Assembly (NCBI GenBank): GCA_035632955.1
Contig: DASQFU010000211.1
Location: forward strand, 14,025 to 78,024
DNA from: Candidatus Limnocylindria bacterium
GTDB lineage: Bacteria; Eisenbacteria; RBG-16-71-46
DNA: 64,000 nt
Direction: 5' to 3'
In this document: positions 10,490-19,318 of the stretch, one piece after another
How positions within the stretch are numbered: the stretch's first letter is position 1
Layout: each line of letters begins with the position of its first letter
Position numbers and translations under genes: made by a program
Notes under the pieces: model-generated
The model's database searches: none
What the model was told of the DNA's origin: nothing
What the model saw: the letters and a program-made list of their open reading frames with translations, nothing else

Positions 10490-11689
10490 CTACCCGCTGG
10501 CCAGCGCCTCGCGCTCCGCGCCAGTCATGGGCTTGGCGGCGCGGATCAGTCCCCGCGCCCAATCCACCTTCTCCCACACGTTCCACAGCAGCACGCCACG
10601 CACCACGTCGTCGCGCAGGTAGAACACGATCCCTTCGCGATAAGGCTCCTTCCAGACCGCGTGCGTCTCGAGGCTGCCGTCGATCTCTCCCACGGCCTCC
10701 CAACCGAGATCGAACAGGTCGGAATAGAAGAACGGCTGGTGCGTGTAGGGACGGTTCGCGCCCGCCATGTTGGCGCCGGCCGCTTTGCCGTGATGGATCG
10801 CGTGATCCCAGTGCTCGATACGGGTGCGCCGATCGAGCGTCAGATCGGGGAACTCCGCGACGTCGCCGGCCGCCCACACGTGCGGATCCGACGTGCGGGC
10901 GTACTCGTCGACTTCGATCCCATTCCCGACCTCGAGCCCCGCGGCTTCGGCCAGGTCGGTCTGCGGCTCGATGCCGGCGCCCACGATCACGACCTGAGTC
11001 GTGACTTGATTGCCCTGGCTGGTCGTGACGAACAGGCTGCCGCCGCGCTGTTCGAAGCGGACGGCGCGGTCTCCCGAAACCGCCTCGACGCCCTGCTTCC
11101 GGTAGTACTCGGCGACGAACAGTCCCAGATCGCGCGGCAGAACCCGCCGCAGCGGGTACTCGCTCGGGTAGAGCAAGGTCACTTCCTTGCCCACGTGACG
11201 GAGCGCCGCCGCCAGCTCCATGGCGATGAATCCGCCGCCCAGCACCAGCGCGTGCTGGAAGTGATCGAGACGATGCTCGAGGGTCAGGTAGTCCTCGAGG
11301 TAGCGGAAGTAGTGAATGCCTTCCTGCTCCGAGCCTTCGACGTCGAGCCGGCGCGGCCATCCGCCGGTCGCGAGCAAGAGCTGCTGGTACTCGTGGACCG
11401 TGCCGTGATCGTCCCAGATCCGGCGGCTCGGAAGATCCAGCTCCACGACCTCGTGGCGCAGCGCCAGCTCGACGCCCTTCTCGCGATAGAAGTTCTCGTC
11501 GTGGACCGGCAGCTTGTCCTTCGTCGACTTTCCGAACCACAGGTCTTTGGAGAGCGGCGGCCGGTGGTAAGGCGGGTGATTCTCGCGCGACAGCATCAGG
11601 ATGCTGCCGTTCCCGTCGTGCGCACGGATCCCTTCGATGGCCGAAGCGCCGGCAAGGCCTCCACCCACGATCACGTAGGAGTAACGCAT
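10490..11689 (-). CDS. FAD-dependent pyridine nucleotide-disulfide oxidoreductase (ferredoxin reductase/AIF-like)
   Basis: N-terminal dinucleotide fold YVIVGGGLAGASA, second fold ALVLGGGFIAMELA, and WAAGDVAEF motif. Confidence 0.85.
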   Translation of the reverse strand: MRYSYVIVGGGLAGASAIEGIRAHDGNGSILMLSRENHPPYHRPPLSKDLWFGKSTKDKLPVHDENFYREKGVELALRHEVVELDLPSRRIWDDHGTVHEYQQLLLATGGWPRRLDVEGSEQEGIHYFRYLEDYLTLEHRLDHFQHALVLGGGFIAMELAAALRHVGKEVTLLYPSEYPLRRVLPRDLGLFVAEYYRKQGVEAVSGDRAVRFEQRGGSLFVTTSQGNQVTTQVVIVGAGIEPQTDLAEAAGLEVGNGIEVDEYARTSDPHVWAAGDVAEFPDLTLDRRTRIEHWDHAIHHGKAAGANMAGANRPYTHQPFFYSDLFDLGWEAVGEIDGSLETHAVWKEPYREGIVFYLRDDVVRGVLLWNVWEKVDWARGLIRAAKPMTGAEREALASG

Positions 11690-11786
11690 CGCAGCTCCCG
11701 GTCGCCCCGAGAGGGGCGGTTGGCTCGTTGGTGACGGCGATCCGGGGGTGCGCCGCGCCCCGTGCCCGGTGCGACGCGCGAGTCTA

Positions 11787-13193
11787 TCACCCCGGCACTG
11801 CGGGCGAGGGCGGACGCTCCGCCGAGAGCTCGCTCTGGAGACCGCGCTTCCAGGTCCCGCGCGCGGCCCAGGCGAGAATCAGCAGGCCACGCACGATACA
11901 CGTGAGCGTGATGATCCACGCGATTCCCAACACGCCGCTGCCGGTCCACTCGGGAATCCAGAACGCGAGTGGAATCCGCACCAACGAGAAGCTGGTGAAG
12001 ATCCACGACAGCACGATCGTGTGTCCGGACCCGAGCACCGACTCGGCCGTCACGATCTCGAGTCCGTTGACGAACAGGCACAGCGCCAGGATGCGCAGGT
12101 AGGGCACGCCGATCCGGTGCACCTCGGGATCGTGCGTGAACAGCGTCAGGAACGACTCGGGGAACGCCATGATCAATGCGGTCAGCACGCCGGTGATCCA
12201 GAGGCTCCAGCGGCACCCGGTGAGAATCACTTGCACGGCGCGATCGGGACGGCCGGCGCCGAGATTCTGGCCGACCAGCACCGCGCCGGCCGTGCCGATC
12301 GCGACCGAGGTGATGAACTGGATCGCTTCGATCCGATTGGCGATCGACACGATCGCCATCGACGCAACACCGAACCGCGACGCCGAGCGGGCGAACGCGA
12401 TGTACACGACCGAGAACAGCATGCCGATCACCGCCGCCGGCAGCCCGACGCGCACCATGGCGAGGATCCGAACCGGCGGGCCTTCGGCGCGCATCGCGAA
12501 CGGGAACGAGCGATGACCCCGAGCCGCGACGACGAGATACGACGCGACCAGCACGGCTTGTGCGATCACGGTCGCCCATCCGGCGCCCGCCACGCCCAGG
12601 GCCGGAAACGGGCCCCAGCCGTAGATCAGGAGCGGCGCGAGCAACACGTTCAGGCCGACCGCGAACGCGTCGAGTAGCAGCGGCGTGCGTGTGTTCCCCG
12701 CGGCCCGCATGATGCTTTCGCAGGTGAACGCCATCATCGGCAAAGGGGCCCCGAGCAGCACGACCGACAGGTAGCGGCTGCCGCTCTCGACGGTGGCCGG
12801 GTCGCTGCTCATCAAGCCGAAGATCGGCCGCGCCGCGAACACGCCCGCGAGCGTGCCGGCGAGGCCGAGTACCGCCGAGCCGCGCAATCCCTGAAACGCG
12901 GCGAACCCGGCGCGGCGGCGCTCGCCCGCGCCCAGCAGCTGGCTGATGTAAGCCGTGATCCCGATCGCGACCACGTCGTTCAGCGAGTACATCCACCACA
13001 GGACGAAGATCGAGGACGTCACCGCCGCCGTCGCGTCGACGCCGAGCCCGCGCACCCACAACGCGTCGACCCACTGGTAGGCGAGGCGCAACATCTGGGA
13101 CGCGAGCACGGGCACGGCGATGCGGAACAAGACGCCCGGGATCGGATCGCGAACGCCGGCGAGCGAATCGTCGGGTTGGCTCGAGCTGCTCAC
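11787..13193 (-). CDS. MATE family efflux transporter
   Basis: 12-TM protein with N-terminal LFRIAVPVLASQMLRLAYQWVDALWVRGLG block typical of MATE/NorM-like exporters. Confidence 0.85.
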   Translation of the reverse strand: MSSSSQPDDSLAGVRDPIPGVLFRIAVPVLASQMLRLAYQWVDALWVRGLGVDATAAVTSSIFVLWWMYSLNDVVAIGITAYISQLLGAGERRRAGFAAFQGLRGSAVLGLAGTLAGVFAARPIFGLMSSDPATVESGSRYLSVVLLGAPLPMMAFTCESIMRAAGNTRTPLLLDAFAVGLNVLLAPLLIYGWGPFPALGVAGAGWATVIAQAVLVASYLVVAARGHRSFPFAMRAEGPPVRILAMVRVGLPAAVIGMLFSVVYIAFARSASRFGVASMAIVSIANRIEAIQFITSVAIGTAGAVLVGQNLGAGRPDRAVQVILTGCRWSLWITGVLTALIMAFPESFLTLFTHDPEVHRIGVPYLRILALCLFVNGLEIVTAESVLGSGHTIVLSWIFTSFSLVRIPLAFWIPEWTGSGVLGIAWIITLTCIVRGLLILAWAARGTWKRGLQSELSAERPPSPAVPG

Positions 13194-13224
13194 GGCGGGA
13201 CCATCGGGCGGGTCACGCCCAGGG

Positions 13225-13758
13225 TCATTTGAAGCTCGGTCGTGGGTAGGCGCCGCTCTGGTAGGTCGGCGCTTCGACTCCGGCTCGCTGGAGCGTGGCG
13301 TTCAGGTGGGCAATCTGGCCTTCGAGATCGTGCACGCGCTGGGCGAGCTGGGTCAGCCGGGCCGATGCCGTCCGCACCATCGCGACACCCATCTCCGGGA
13401 AATCCAGAATGGCGTCGAACAGAGTCTCGTTCGAGATGTTGAGCACGTGGGTGTGCTCGGCCGCCGCGGCGGTGAAGTGGTGCGGCTCCCCTTCCCCGAG
13501 GGCCAGCTCTCCGAACCCCTGCCCCACGATGCGGATGTCGTCCAGCGCCCGGCCCTTGTAGATCTCGACCCGGCCTTCGACGATCAGGAACGCGCCGCGG
13601 TTAGCGTCGCCCTCCTTGAACACCGTACGGCCGGCCTCGAAATGCAGCTCCCGCGAGCGGCTCGCCAGCTCCGCCAAGGCCTCGGTCGGCATGTGCGCGA
13701 ACAGTTCCGCGCTCTTCAGGATCGCGGTCTTCTCCATCAGCGTCAGCGTTTCTTCCAC
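13225..13758 (-). CDS. cyclic-nucleotide-binding-domain protein with C-terminal coiled coil (cassette copy A)
   Basis: cNMP-domain blocks LFAHMPTEALAELA...FKEGD...FLIVEGRVEIY...FGELAL. GTG 13758 aligns residue for residue with the ATG of the paralogue at 33905 (VEETLTLMEKT vs MPERMTLIEKT). Only 4 nt downstream of the TLC-HEAT stop. Confidence 0.8.
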   Translation of the reverse strand: MEETLTLMEKTAILKSAELFAHMPTEALAELASRSRELHFEAGRTVFKEGDANRGAFLIVEGRVEIYKGRALDDIRIVGQGFGELALGEGEPHHFTAAAAEHTHVLNISNETLFDAILDFPEMGVAMVRTASARLTQLAQRVHDLEGQIAHLNATLQRAGVEAPTYQSGAYPRPSFK

Positions 13759-13762
13759 GTCC

Positions 13763-16486
13763 TCACCCCGCAGCGATCGACAAGCGCGCCCACGCGGCTG
13801 TCTCGCGCACCAAGGCATCGAAGGCCGACAGATTCGATTCGACCAGCGGCAGCAGCGTCCGCTCGCGCCGCGACCCGGCGACGTACAGCGCGCACGTGCG
13901 CAGCCACGCGTCGTCGCCCTGCAGGATCTCCTCCAGCGTCCGATCGTAGTCGACGAAGTGCAGCCCGTAGCGGATCTCCGCCAGCCGGAGCTTCTCATCG
14001 TCACCCGTGTCGTCCACGAGCGGCAGGACGAGCGCACGGTGATCGGGATCGAGCGCGTTGTCCAGGTACTCGAGCGCGTTCCCGCGCAAACGGGCGTTCG
14101 CGGACACGATACCCTGATAGGCTGCGAGCATCTCTTCCGGCGGGTAGAGCAGCGACAGCCGCCGGAACACGCGGTTCAGAGCCTGCTCCATGCGCTCGTT
14201 GAGGACGATGCACAACAGACGCTCGGCGCCGCGAGCGCGGCCGATCGGGCAGGAGCGATAGTGCACGAGCGCGAACAGATAGCTCTCCGCGTCGTAGTTG
14301 AGGTCCTCGCTGATACGCCGGCGCGGAAACTGAATCCCGGACACCGAGGCGCGAATCTGATTGGCCGCCTTCAGCACGCGATAGGCGAGCCGCACCTGGC
14401 CGCGCTCGTTGTATCGGAACAACGCGTTGATCGCCTCCTGCGAGCGGATGTCGCTCAGCACTCGTGGAATGACGATGCGCAGGGAAAACGGGACCGATGC
14501 GTCGCCGAGATGATCTCCCAGGGTCCCGACCACCCGATCCCCAAACCCAGCCAACCCGGCGCGAGCCGCTGCTTCGGTGTCGCGCGACCCGAGCGCATCC
14601 ATCAACGCTGGGATGTCGCTCCGGCGCTGGGCCCGGCCGGCGCTGCGCAGCGCCGAGCGTCGCACCGCGAGATCGGCATCCCGCAACAGCGGCGTCAGCA
14701 GCTCGTGCAACCGACTGGGCGCCGCACGGCGGCCGAGCGCCTCCGCGACCACCGTACGGGTCGCGCTCTCGCCCGATTCGAGCAGGCGCGTGAGGATCGC
14801 CCGCACGCGTGGCTCGCCATCCGCCGGCGCGAACTCGGTGATGCACAGGATCGCCGCCTGACGCAGACCGACGTCGCCGGATTCGATGAACTCCTCGAGC
14901 GGCTCGACCGGGTCTTCCCCGCGCAGCGCGCCGTGGGTGCTCAACGCCTGCACTCGGACCTCCGGATCAGGGTCCTGCAACAGCGCCTCGACGCGCACAC
15001 GGTGCTCCTGGAGCAGAGCCGCGCGCACCAGCGCCAGCGCTCGTGCGCGCACGCGCGGCGAAGCGTGCCCGAGCAGAGCCGGCAGGTGCCCGGTCAGCTC
15101 CTCGGGCGCGTTCTCCTCCAGCATGGCGATGCCGTGAAGCACGATTCGCTCGAACCGGTTCTCGAGCAGGCGCGCCATCTCCTGTAGCAGACTGGCCTCG
15201 CGCAGCGACACCGTGGCTTGGCGATGGTCGTTGCTCAATCGGCGCAGGTTCAGGCCGAGCTCGCGCACGTAGCCCCGGCGCACGCCGAGCCACGCCAGCA
15301 CCCAGATCACGACCAGCGCGCCCACCAGAATCGCCAGGGAGCGGGTGCCGGCCCCGCCGAGCAGGAAGCCGACGGCCAGAATCAGAATGCCCGCGAGCCC
15401 GTCACCGGTGCGCTCCAGTCCTGCTTCGATCAAGCCCTTGGCGCGGCGCCGCAGCGCCGGCGCCAGCGGGAAGTAGAACAGCTCGCCCGCCGCCTTGTTC
15501 ACGGAATGGCGGGCGATCTGCTCCCACAACCGCGTGGCCGCGACCGCGACGAACCCGGGCACCGCCACCGTCGCGGCGGTGCCGATCAGGATTCCGGTCG
15601 GCAGCGCCGCCGCCGACCAACCGGCCCCGAAGCGCTGGATCAGCCATCGGGTGCCGAACAACTGAAGCGCTAGCGCGCCGAGGTTGCTCGCCGTATAGAA
15701 GAGTCCAATGAAGGAAGCGAGCTGGGCAGGACCGGGATAGCGCTGTTGCAGCTCGACTTTGAATTGATAGTCGAGCAACGCGGCGACCATGACCGAGCAC
15801 AGCGTCGCGAGCGCGAGAAAGCGCACGTAGGGGTGCCGGAGCGGATGCGAGGGAGCGCCTTCGTCCACGGCCGGCTCGGCGGTGGCGGGCGGCGTCCGGC
15901 GCGCGAGCTGGAACGCGCGCACCCCGGCCCATGCCTGCAGCACGGCTCCGACGACGAGCAACGTCGGCAGGGTCCAGAGGTGCGCGAGAGGTGCGGCGAC
16001 CAGGCCGCCGACCAATCCCCCGAGAATGCCGCCGACGCCGATCACGCCGAACGTTCGCTTGGCCTCGCGCGGATTCGACAGGTCGTTCGCGAACACCCAG
16101 AACTGCGCCATCAGAATCAGCCCGTAGACGTTCACCCACAGATAGAATGCAACCGGAACCCAACGGTCCTGGAGCCGGAACAGTTGCGAGAACGCGACCA
16201 GGGAGATCGCCGTCACCAGCGACGCTCCGGCCAACGTCTCCCAGACGGCGCGATCGCGCGTCACCCGCGTGAACAGCAGGGAGGCGAGCACGGTGAGGAT
16301 CCCGACGCCGAGAAATACGTAGGGCAGTAGCGTGGCCGGAAGCTGCGCCAGGAACAACGCGTCGCGAACGGTCTTGACGAGGGTGTAGGAGCCGGTCAGA
16401 CCAAAGAGAATCGTCGCCAGGGCGATCGCCCGGCGCGCCTCGGCCGGGTCGAGCTGGAGTCGAGCCGCGAGACGTTCAAACATCAC
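13763..16486 (-). CDS. TLC (ATP/ADP-translocase-like, Npt family) 12-TM transporter domain fused to a C-terminal HEAT-repeat domain (cassette copy A)
   Basis: TLC hallmark FYLWVNVYGLILMAQFWVFANDLSNPREAKRTFGVIG (compare FWxFAN...AKRFY of rickettsial/chlamydial translocases). C-terminal half has repeated DPDPEVRVQAL / DADLAVRRSALRSAG HEAT-like units. Start GTG 16486 or ATG 16483. Confidence 0.8.
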   Translation of the reverse strand: MMFERLAARLQLDPAEARRAIALATILFGLTGSYTLVKTVRDALFLAQLPATLLPYVFLGVGILTVLASLLFTRVTRDRAVWETLAGASLVTAISLVAFSQLFRLQDRWVPVAFYLWVNVYGLILMAQFWVFANDLSNPREAKRTFGVIGVGGILGGLVGGLVAAPLAHLWTLPTLLVVGAVLQAWAGVRAFQLARRTPPATAEPAVDEGAPSHPLRHPYVRFLALATLCSVMVAALLDYQFKVELQQRYPGPAQLASFIGLFYTASNLGALALQLFGTRWLIQRFGAGWSAAALPTGILIGTAATVAVPGFVAVAATRLWEQIARHSVNKAAGELFYFPLAPALRRRAKGLIEAGLERTGDGLAGILILAVGFLLGGAGTRSLAILVGALVVIWVLAWLGVRRGYVRELGLNLRRLSNDHRQATVSLREASLLQEMARLLENRFERIVLHGIAMLEENAPEELTGHLPALLGHASPRVRARALALVRAALLQEHRVRVEALLQDPDPEVRVQALSTHGALRGEDPVEPLEEFIESGDVGLRQAAILCITEFAPADGEPRVRAILTRLLESGESATRTVVAEALGRRAAPSRLHELLTPLLRDADLAVRRSALRSAGRAQRRSDIPALMDALGSRDTEAAARAGLAGFGDRVVGTLGDHLGDASVPFSLRIVIPRVLSDIRSQEAINALFRYNERGQVRLAYRVLKAANQIRASVSGIQFPRRRISEDLNYDAESYLFALVHYRSCPIGRARGAERLLCIVLNERMEQALNRVFRRLSLLYPPEEMLAAYQGIVSANARLRGNALEYLDNALDPDHRALVLPLVDDTGDDEKLRLAEIRYGLHFVDYDRTLEEILQGDDAWLRTCALYVAGSRRERTLLPLVESNLSAFDALVRETAAWARLSIAAG

Positions 16487-16532
16487 AGATCGCGCGGCGG
16501 TTGCCCACGCCCACGCTCAGCGAGGCGCGACG

Positions 16533-16561
16533 TTGACTCGGATCGGTCCCCGACCGATAGT
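16533..16561 (+). promoter_or_regulatory. putative sigma70-type promoter (TTGACT-17 nt-GATAGT) just upstream of the Omp85-like gene, copy A
   Basis: TTGACT at 16533-16538, 17-nt spacer, GATAGT at 16556-16561, ATG at 16572 with no Shine-Dalgarno. The same arrangement occurs in copy B (36700-36727). Confidence 0.3.
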
Positions 16562-16571
16562 CCACGACCCC

Positions 16572-17966
16572 ATGCATCGGCTTTCCCCAGTTGCGATCGT
16601 GCTCGCGGCCTGCTTGAGTTCGACGGTCCCGGCGACACGGGCGGAATCGTTGGCGTCCCTCGACTTCACCACCGCCGCGACGCCGCCCGATTCCACCGAT
16701 GCGCCCGGCGCCAGCGCTGCCGCGCATCCGGATCACGGGGCCACGACCGCGCCGCCCTGGAATTCGCCGCACGCCGTCCCGGTCGAGCGAACCTGGGAGA
16801 CCGCGCTGCGCCTGCCCGGCCGGATCGTGTCCCTCCCGCTGCGCGCCCTCGGGTTCGTGAGCGAGCGCTTCCTCCTCCGGGTCGAGGATGCGAGCGTGGT
16901 GCCGAAGGCGGCGTACCTGTACTCGGCGTTGCCGTACGCCGGGGTCTTCGTCACCCCCGCGTCGCTCGGCGATCGAACGGGCTTCGGCGCGACGGTCCGG
17001 ATCGTTCCACCTCCGATCCGCAACCACTTGCAGGCAGAGGTGAGCGGCAGCACGCGCAACTATAGCAGCACCCGGATCGCGGCGTCCGCGGGCCCAGCAC
17101 GGCTCGCGTATCGCTACGACTGGCGGCCCCAGGAGCGGTTCTTCGGCGTCGGGCTGCGCGCCTCTTCCGATGACACGACCGCCTACGCGTGGCAGACCGA
17201 ACAGGTCCGATTCGGGCTGGAGTACCCCTGGATGCGATCGGGGCAGCCATCGCCGCGGACGCAGGTCAGCGCCTGGGTCGGTCCGCGCAGCATCGTCGTG
17301 CGCCGCGGGCGTGACCCCGACGTGGTGTCGTTCGAGCAGGAGTTCCCGGGCCTCGCCCCAGGACAGCTCGACCGGCGCTTCGAGCATCTGGTGTACGGGG
17401 GCCGCGCACAGGTGGATCGCCGCACGGGTGCGCCGCACTGGAGCCACGGCTATCGCGTCGCGCTGCAGATCGAGCGTTTCGACCAGCCGATCGAGGCGTT
17501 CGCGCTGCGCAGCGCCGCGGCCGCGAGTCCATCGTTCACGCGTAAGCGCCTCGAAGCCGAATGGGGCTTCTCGTTCATGCGTGACCCGCGCACGATTCGC
17601 CTCGGCTGGGTCGTCGTCGACCAGGACGCTGCGTCGGACTCGGTTCTGCTGCTCCCCGACCTCGCTCGCCTCGGAGGCGCGCAGGGGCTCGCCGGCTTCG
17701 AGCCCGGCCGCTTCCACCACCGTGACGCTCTGGCGATGAAGCTCAGCTACATCTTTCCGATGGCCGAACACTTCGAGTTCGACCTCCACACGGAAGTCGG
17801 TGGCGTCTATGCCGACGTCATGGAAGACCCGCGGCTCGACGATCTCGAGACCTCCTATGGCGTGGCGCTACGGCCACGCTCGAAAGAGACCGTGCTGGGC
17901 TCGATCGGCGTCGACTGGAGTCGCGAGAAGGTGCGGATTCGCTATTCGCTCGGAGGCGTCGAATGA
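16572..17966 (+). CDS. Omp85/BamA-superfamily-like outer-membrane beta-barrel without POTRA domains (cassette copy A)
   Basis: Signal peptide MHRLSPVAIVLAACLSSTVPATRA. Omp85-like block LGGAQGLAGFEPGRF (compare GG..xRGF) and alternating beta-strand C-terminus. The TTG at 16533 used by the ORF track is more likely a -35 box. Confidence 0.65.
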   Translation: MHRLSPVAIVLAACLSSTVPATRAESLASLDFTTAATPPDSTDAPGASAAAHPDHGATTAPPWNSPHAVPVERTWETALRLPGRIVSLPLRALGFVSERFLLRVEDASVVPKAAYLYSALPYAGVFVTPASLGDRTGFGATVRIVPPPIRNHLQAEVSGSTRNYSSTRIAASAGPARLAYRYDWRPQERFFGVGLRASSDDTTAYAWQTEQVRFGLEYPWMRSGQPSPRTQVSAWVGPRSIVVRRGRDPDVVSFEQEFPGLAPGQLDRRFEHLVYGGRAQVDRRTGAPHWSHGYRVALQIERFDQPIEAFALRSAAAASPSFTRKRLEAEWGFSFMRDPRTIRLGWVVVDQDAASDSVLLLPDLARLGGAQGLAGFEPGRFHHRDALAMKLSYIFPMAEHFEFDLHTEVGGVYADVMEDPRLDDLETSYGVALRPRSKETVLGSIGVDWSREKVRIRYSLGGVE

Positions 17967-19303
17967 TTCGTGCGCGGAGTCGCCTCCGGACGATCGCGTC
18001 GGTCGCCCTGCTCGCAGGCTGCGGGTGGCGGCTCGCCGCCGCGGCTCCGGAGCAGCGCGCCGAATCGCCTGAGCCCACCGACATCTCGTATTACTACGAC
18101 CTCCTCGAGCACACGGTGTTCCGCCCGGTCGCGCGAGCGCTCGATCCGTCATTGCTGGTGCGAAAGGTCACGGGGCGGCGCCGCGAGGCGTTCAACGTCG
18201 ACGAGCAGGACCAGGTCCGGCTGCCGAGCACCTGGTGGCAGCCGCGGCTGGGTTTCCAACCGCTCACGGTTGCGGACATGATTGCCGGCCTGGGACCGAC
18301 GACCGGTCCCGCCCGCGGCAAGTGGCATGTCACGCGCGCCAAGACGCAAGGCGTCACGCCCGGCTTCTTCATCAAAGACGCGACCGGGGCGCGCTTCATT
18401 CTCAAGTTCGATCCGCCGAATCAGCCCGAGATGGCGACCGGCGCGGGCGTCGTCGCGGCCTACCTGTACTGGGCCGCGGGATTCAACGTGCCGAACGACG
18501 TCATCGTCTCCTTCCGCAGCGAGGATCTGGCGATCGTCGAGGGAGCGCTCTACACCGATCCGCACGGGCACAAGAAACCGATCTCGCGGGAGTTCCTGGA
18601 GCAGATCCTTGCCCGCGTCGCGCGCAGCTCGGACGGGACGTATCGCGCGCTCGCGAGCCGGCTCCTGGCCGGCAAGCCGCTCGGACCGTTCGAATATCGC
18701 GGCCGCCGCCGTGACGACCCCGAGGATCTCATTCCGCATCAGCTCCGTCGCGAGCTGCGCGGCTTGTGGTCGATTGTCGCTTGGACCAATCACGCCGATT
18801 CCCGCGGGCCGAACTCGCTCGACGTGTGGGTCACGGACGGCGACCGCTCGTTCGTGCGTCACCATCTGATCGATTTCAACGGCTGCCTCGGATCGGGCTC
18901 GATCGCGGCGCGCTCGCCCCAGACCGGTAACGAATACTTCGTGGACTATGGCGTGATGGCGCGCTCGCTCCTGACGCTGGGCCTGCGGCGTGCGCGCTGG
19001 GAGACCACGGTCGACCCGCAGCTCCCGAGCATCGGCTTCATCGAAGCCTCGGCGTTCGACCCGGAAGGGTGGCGGCCCGACTATCCGAATCCCGCCTTCG
19101 ACGAACGAACGGAGCGCGACGTGCGGTGGGGCGTGCGGATCGTCGCCGGTTTCACGGACGAGCACATCCGCGCGGCGGTGGAGCAGGCGCAGTTCTCCGA
19201 TCCACGGGCGACCGAATACTTGACCCAGGTGCTGATCCAGCGGCGCGACATCCTCGTCCGGCGCTGGCTCATCGAGCCTCAGACCGCCACCACGACGCGT
19301 TGA
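17963..19303 (+). CDS. lipoprotein with PI3K/PI4K-like (protein-kinase-like) catalytic core (cassette copy A)
   Basis: ATGA overlap with the barrel gene. Lipobox VALLAGC. Motifs RFILKFD (Lys148), NHADSRGPNSLD (Asp279/Asn284) and HHLIDFNG (Asp304). Paralogue at 38145..39476. Confidence 0.7.
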   Translation: MIRARSRLRTIASVALLAGCGWRLAAAAPEQRAESPEPTDISYYYDLLEHTVFRPVARALDPSLLVRKVTGRRREAFNVDEQDQVRLPSTWWQPRLGFQPLTVADMIAGLGPTTGPARGKWHVTRAKTQGVTPGFFIKDATGARFILKFDPPNQPEMATGAGVVAAYLYWAAGFNVPNDVIVSFRSEDLAIVEGALYTDPHGHKKPISREFLEQILARVARSSDGTYRALASRLLAGKPLGPFEYRGRRRDDPEDLIPHQLRRELRGLWSIVAWTNHADSRGPNSLDVWVTDGDRSFVRHHLIDFNGCLGSGSIAARSPQTGNEYFVDYGVMARSLLTLGLRRARWETTVDPQLPSIGFIEASAFDPEGWRPDYPNPAFDERTERDVRWGVRIVAGFTDEHIRAAVEQAQFSDPRATEYLTQVLIQRRDILVRRWLIEPQTATTTR

Positions 19304-19318
19304 TCCTGGCCGGCGGCG

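Noticed and set aside
10335-11540. N-terminal 400 aa of listed ORF 9195..11540.
   Set aside because: This part is Arg/Gly/Pro-rich junk overlapping the well-supported FAD oxidoreductase gene (10490..11689) in another frame. A clean signal peptide starts at ATG 10334.
16533-16571. TTG start at 16533 for the Omp85-like gene (ORF-track start).
   Set aside because: The TTG is part of a TTGACT -35-like hexamer. The paralogue aligns from the MH... start, and the signal peptide begins at ATG 16572. It is kept only as an alternative.
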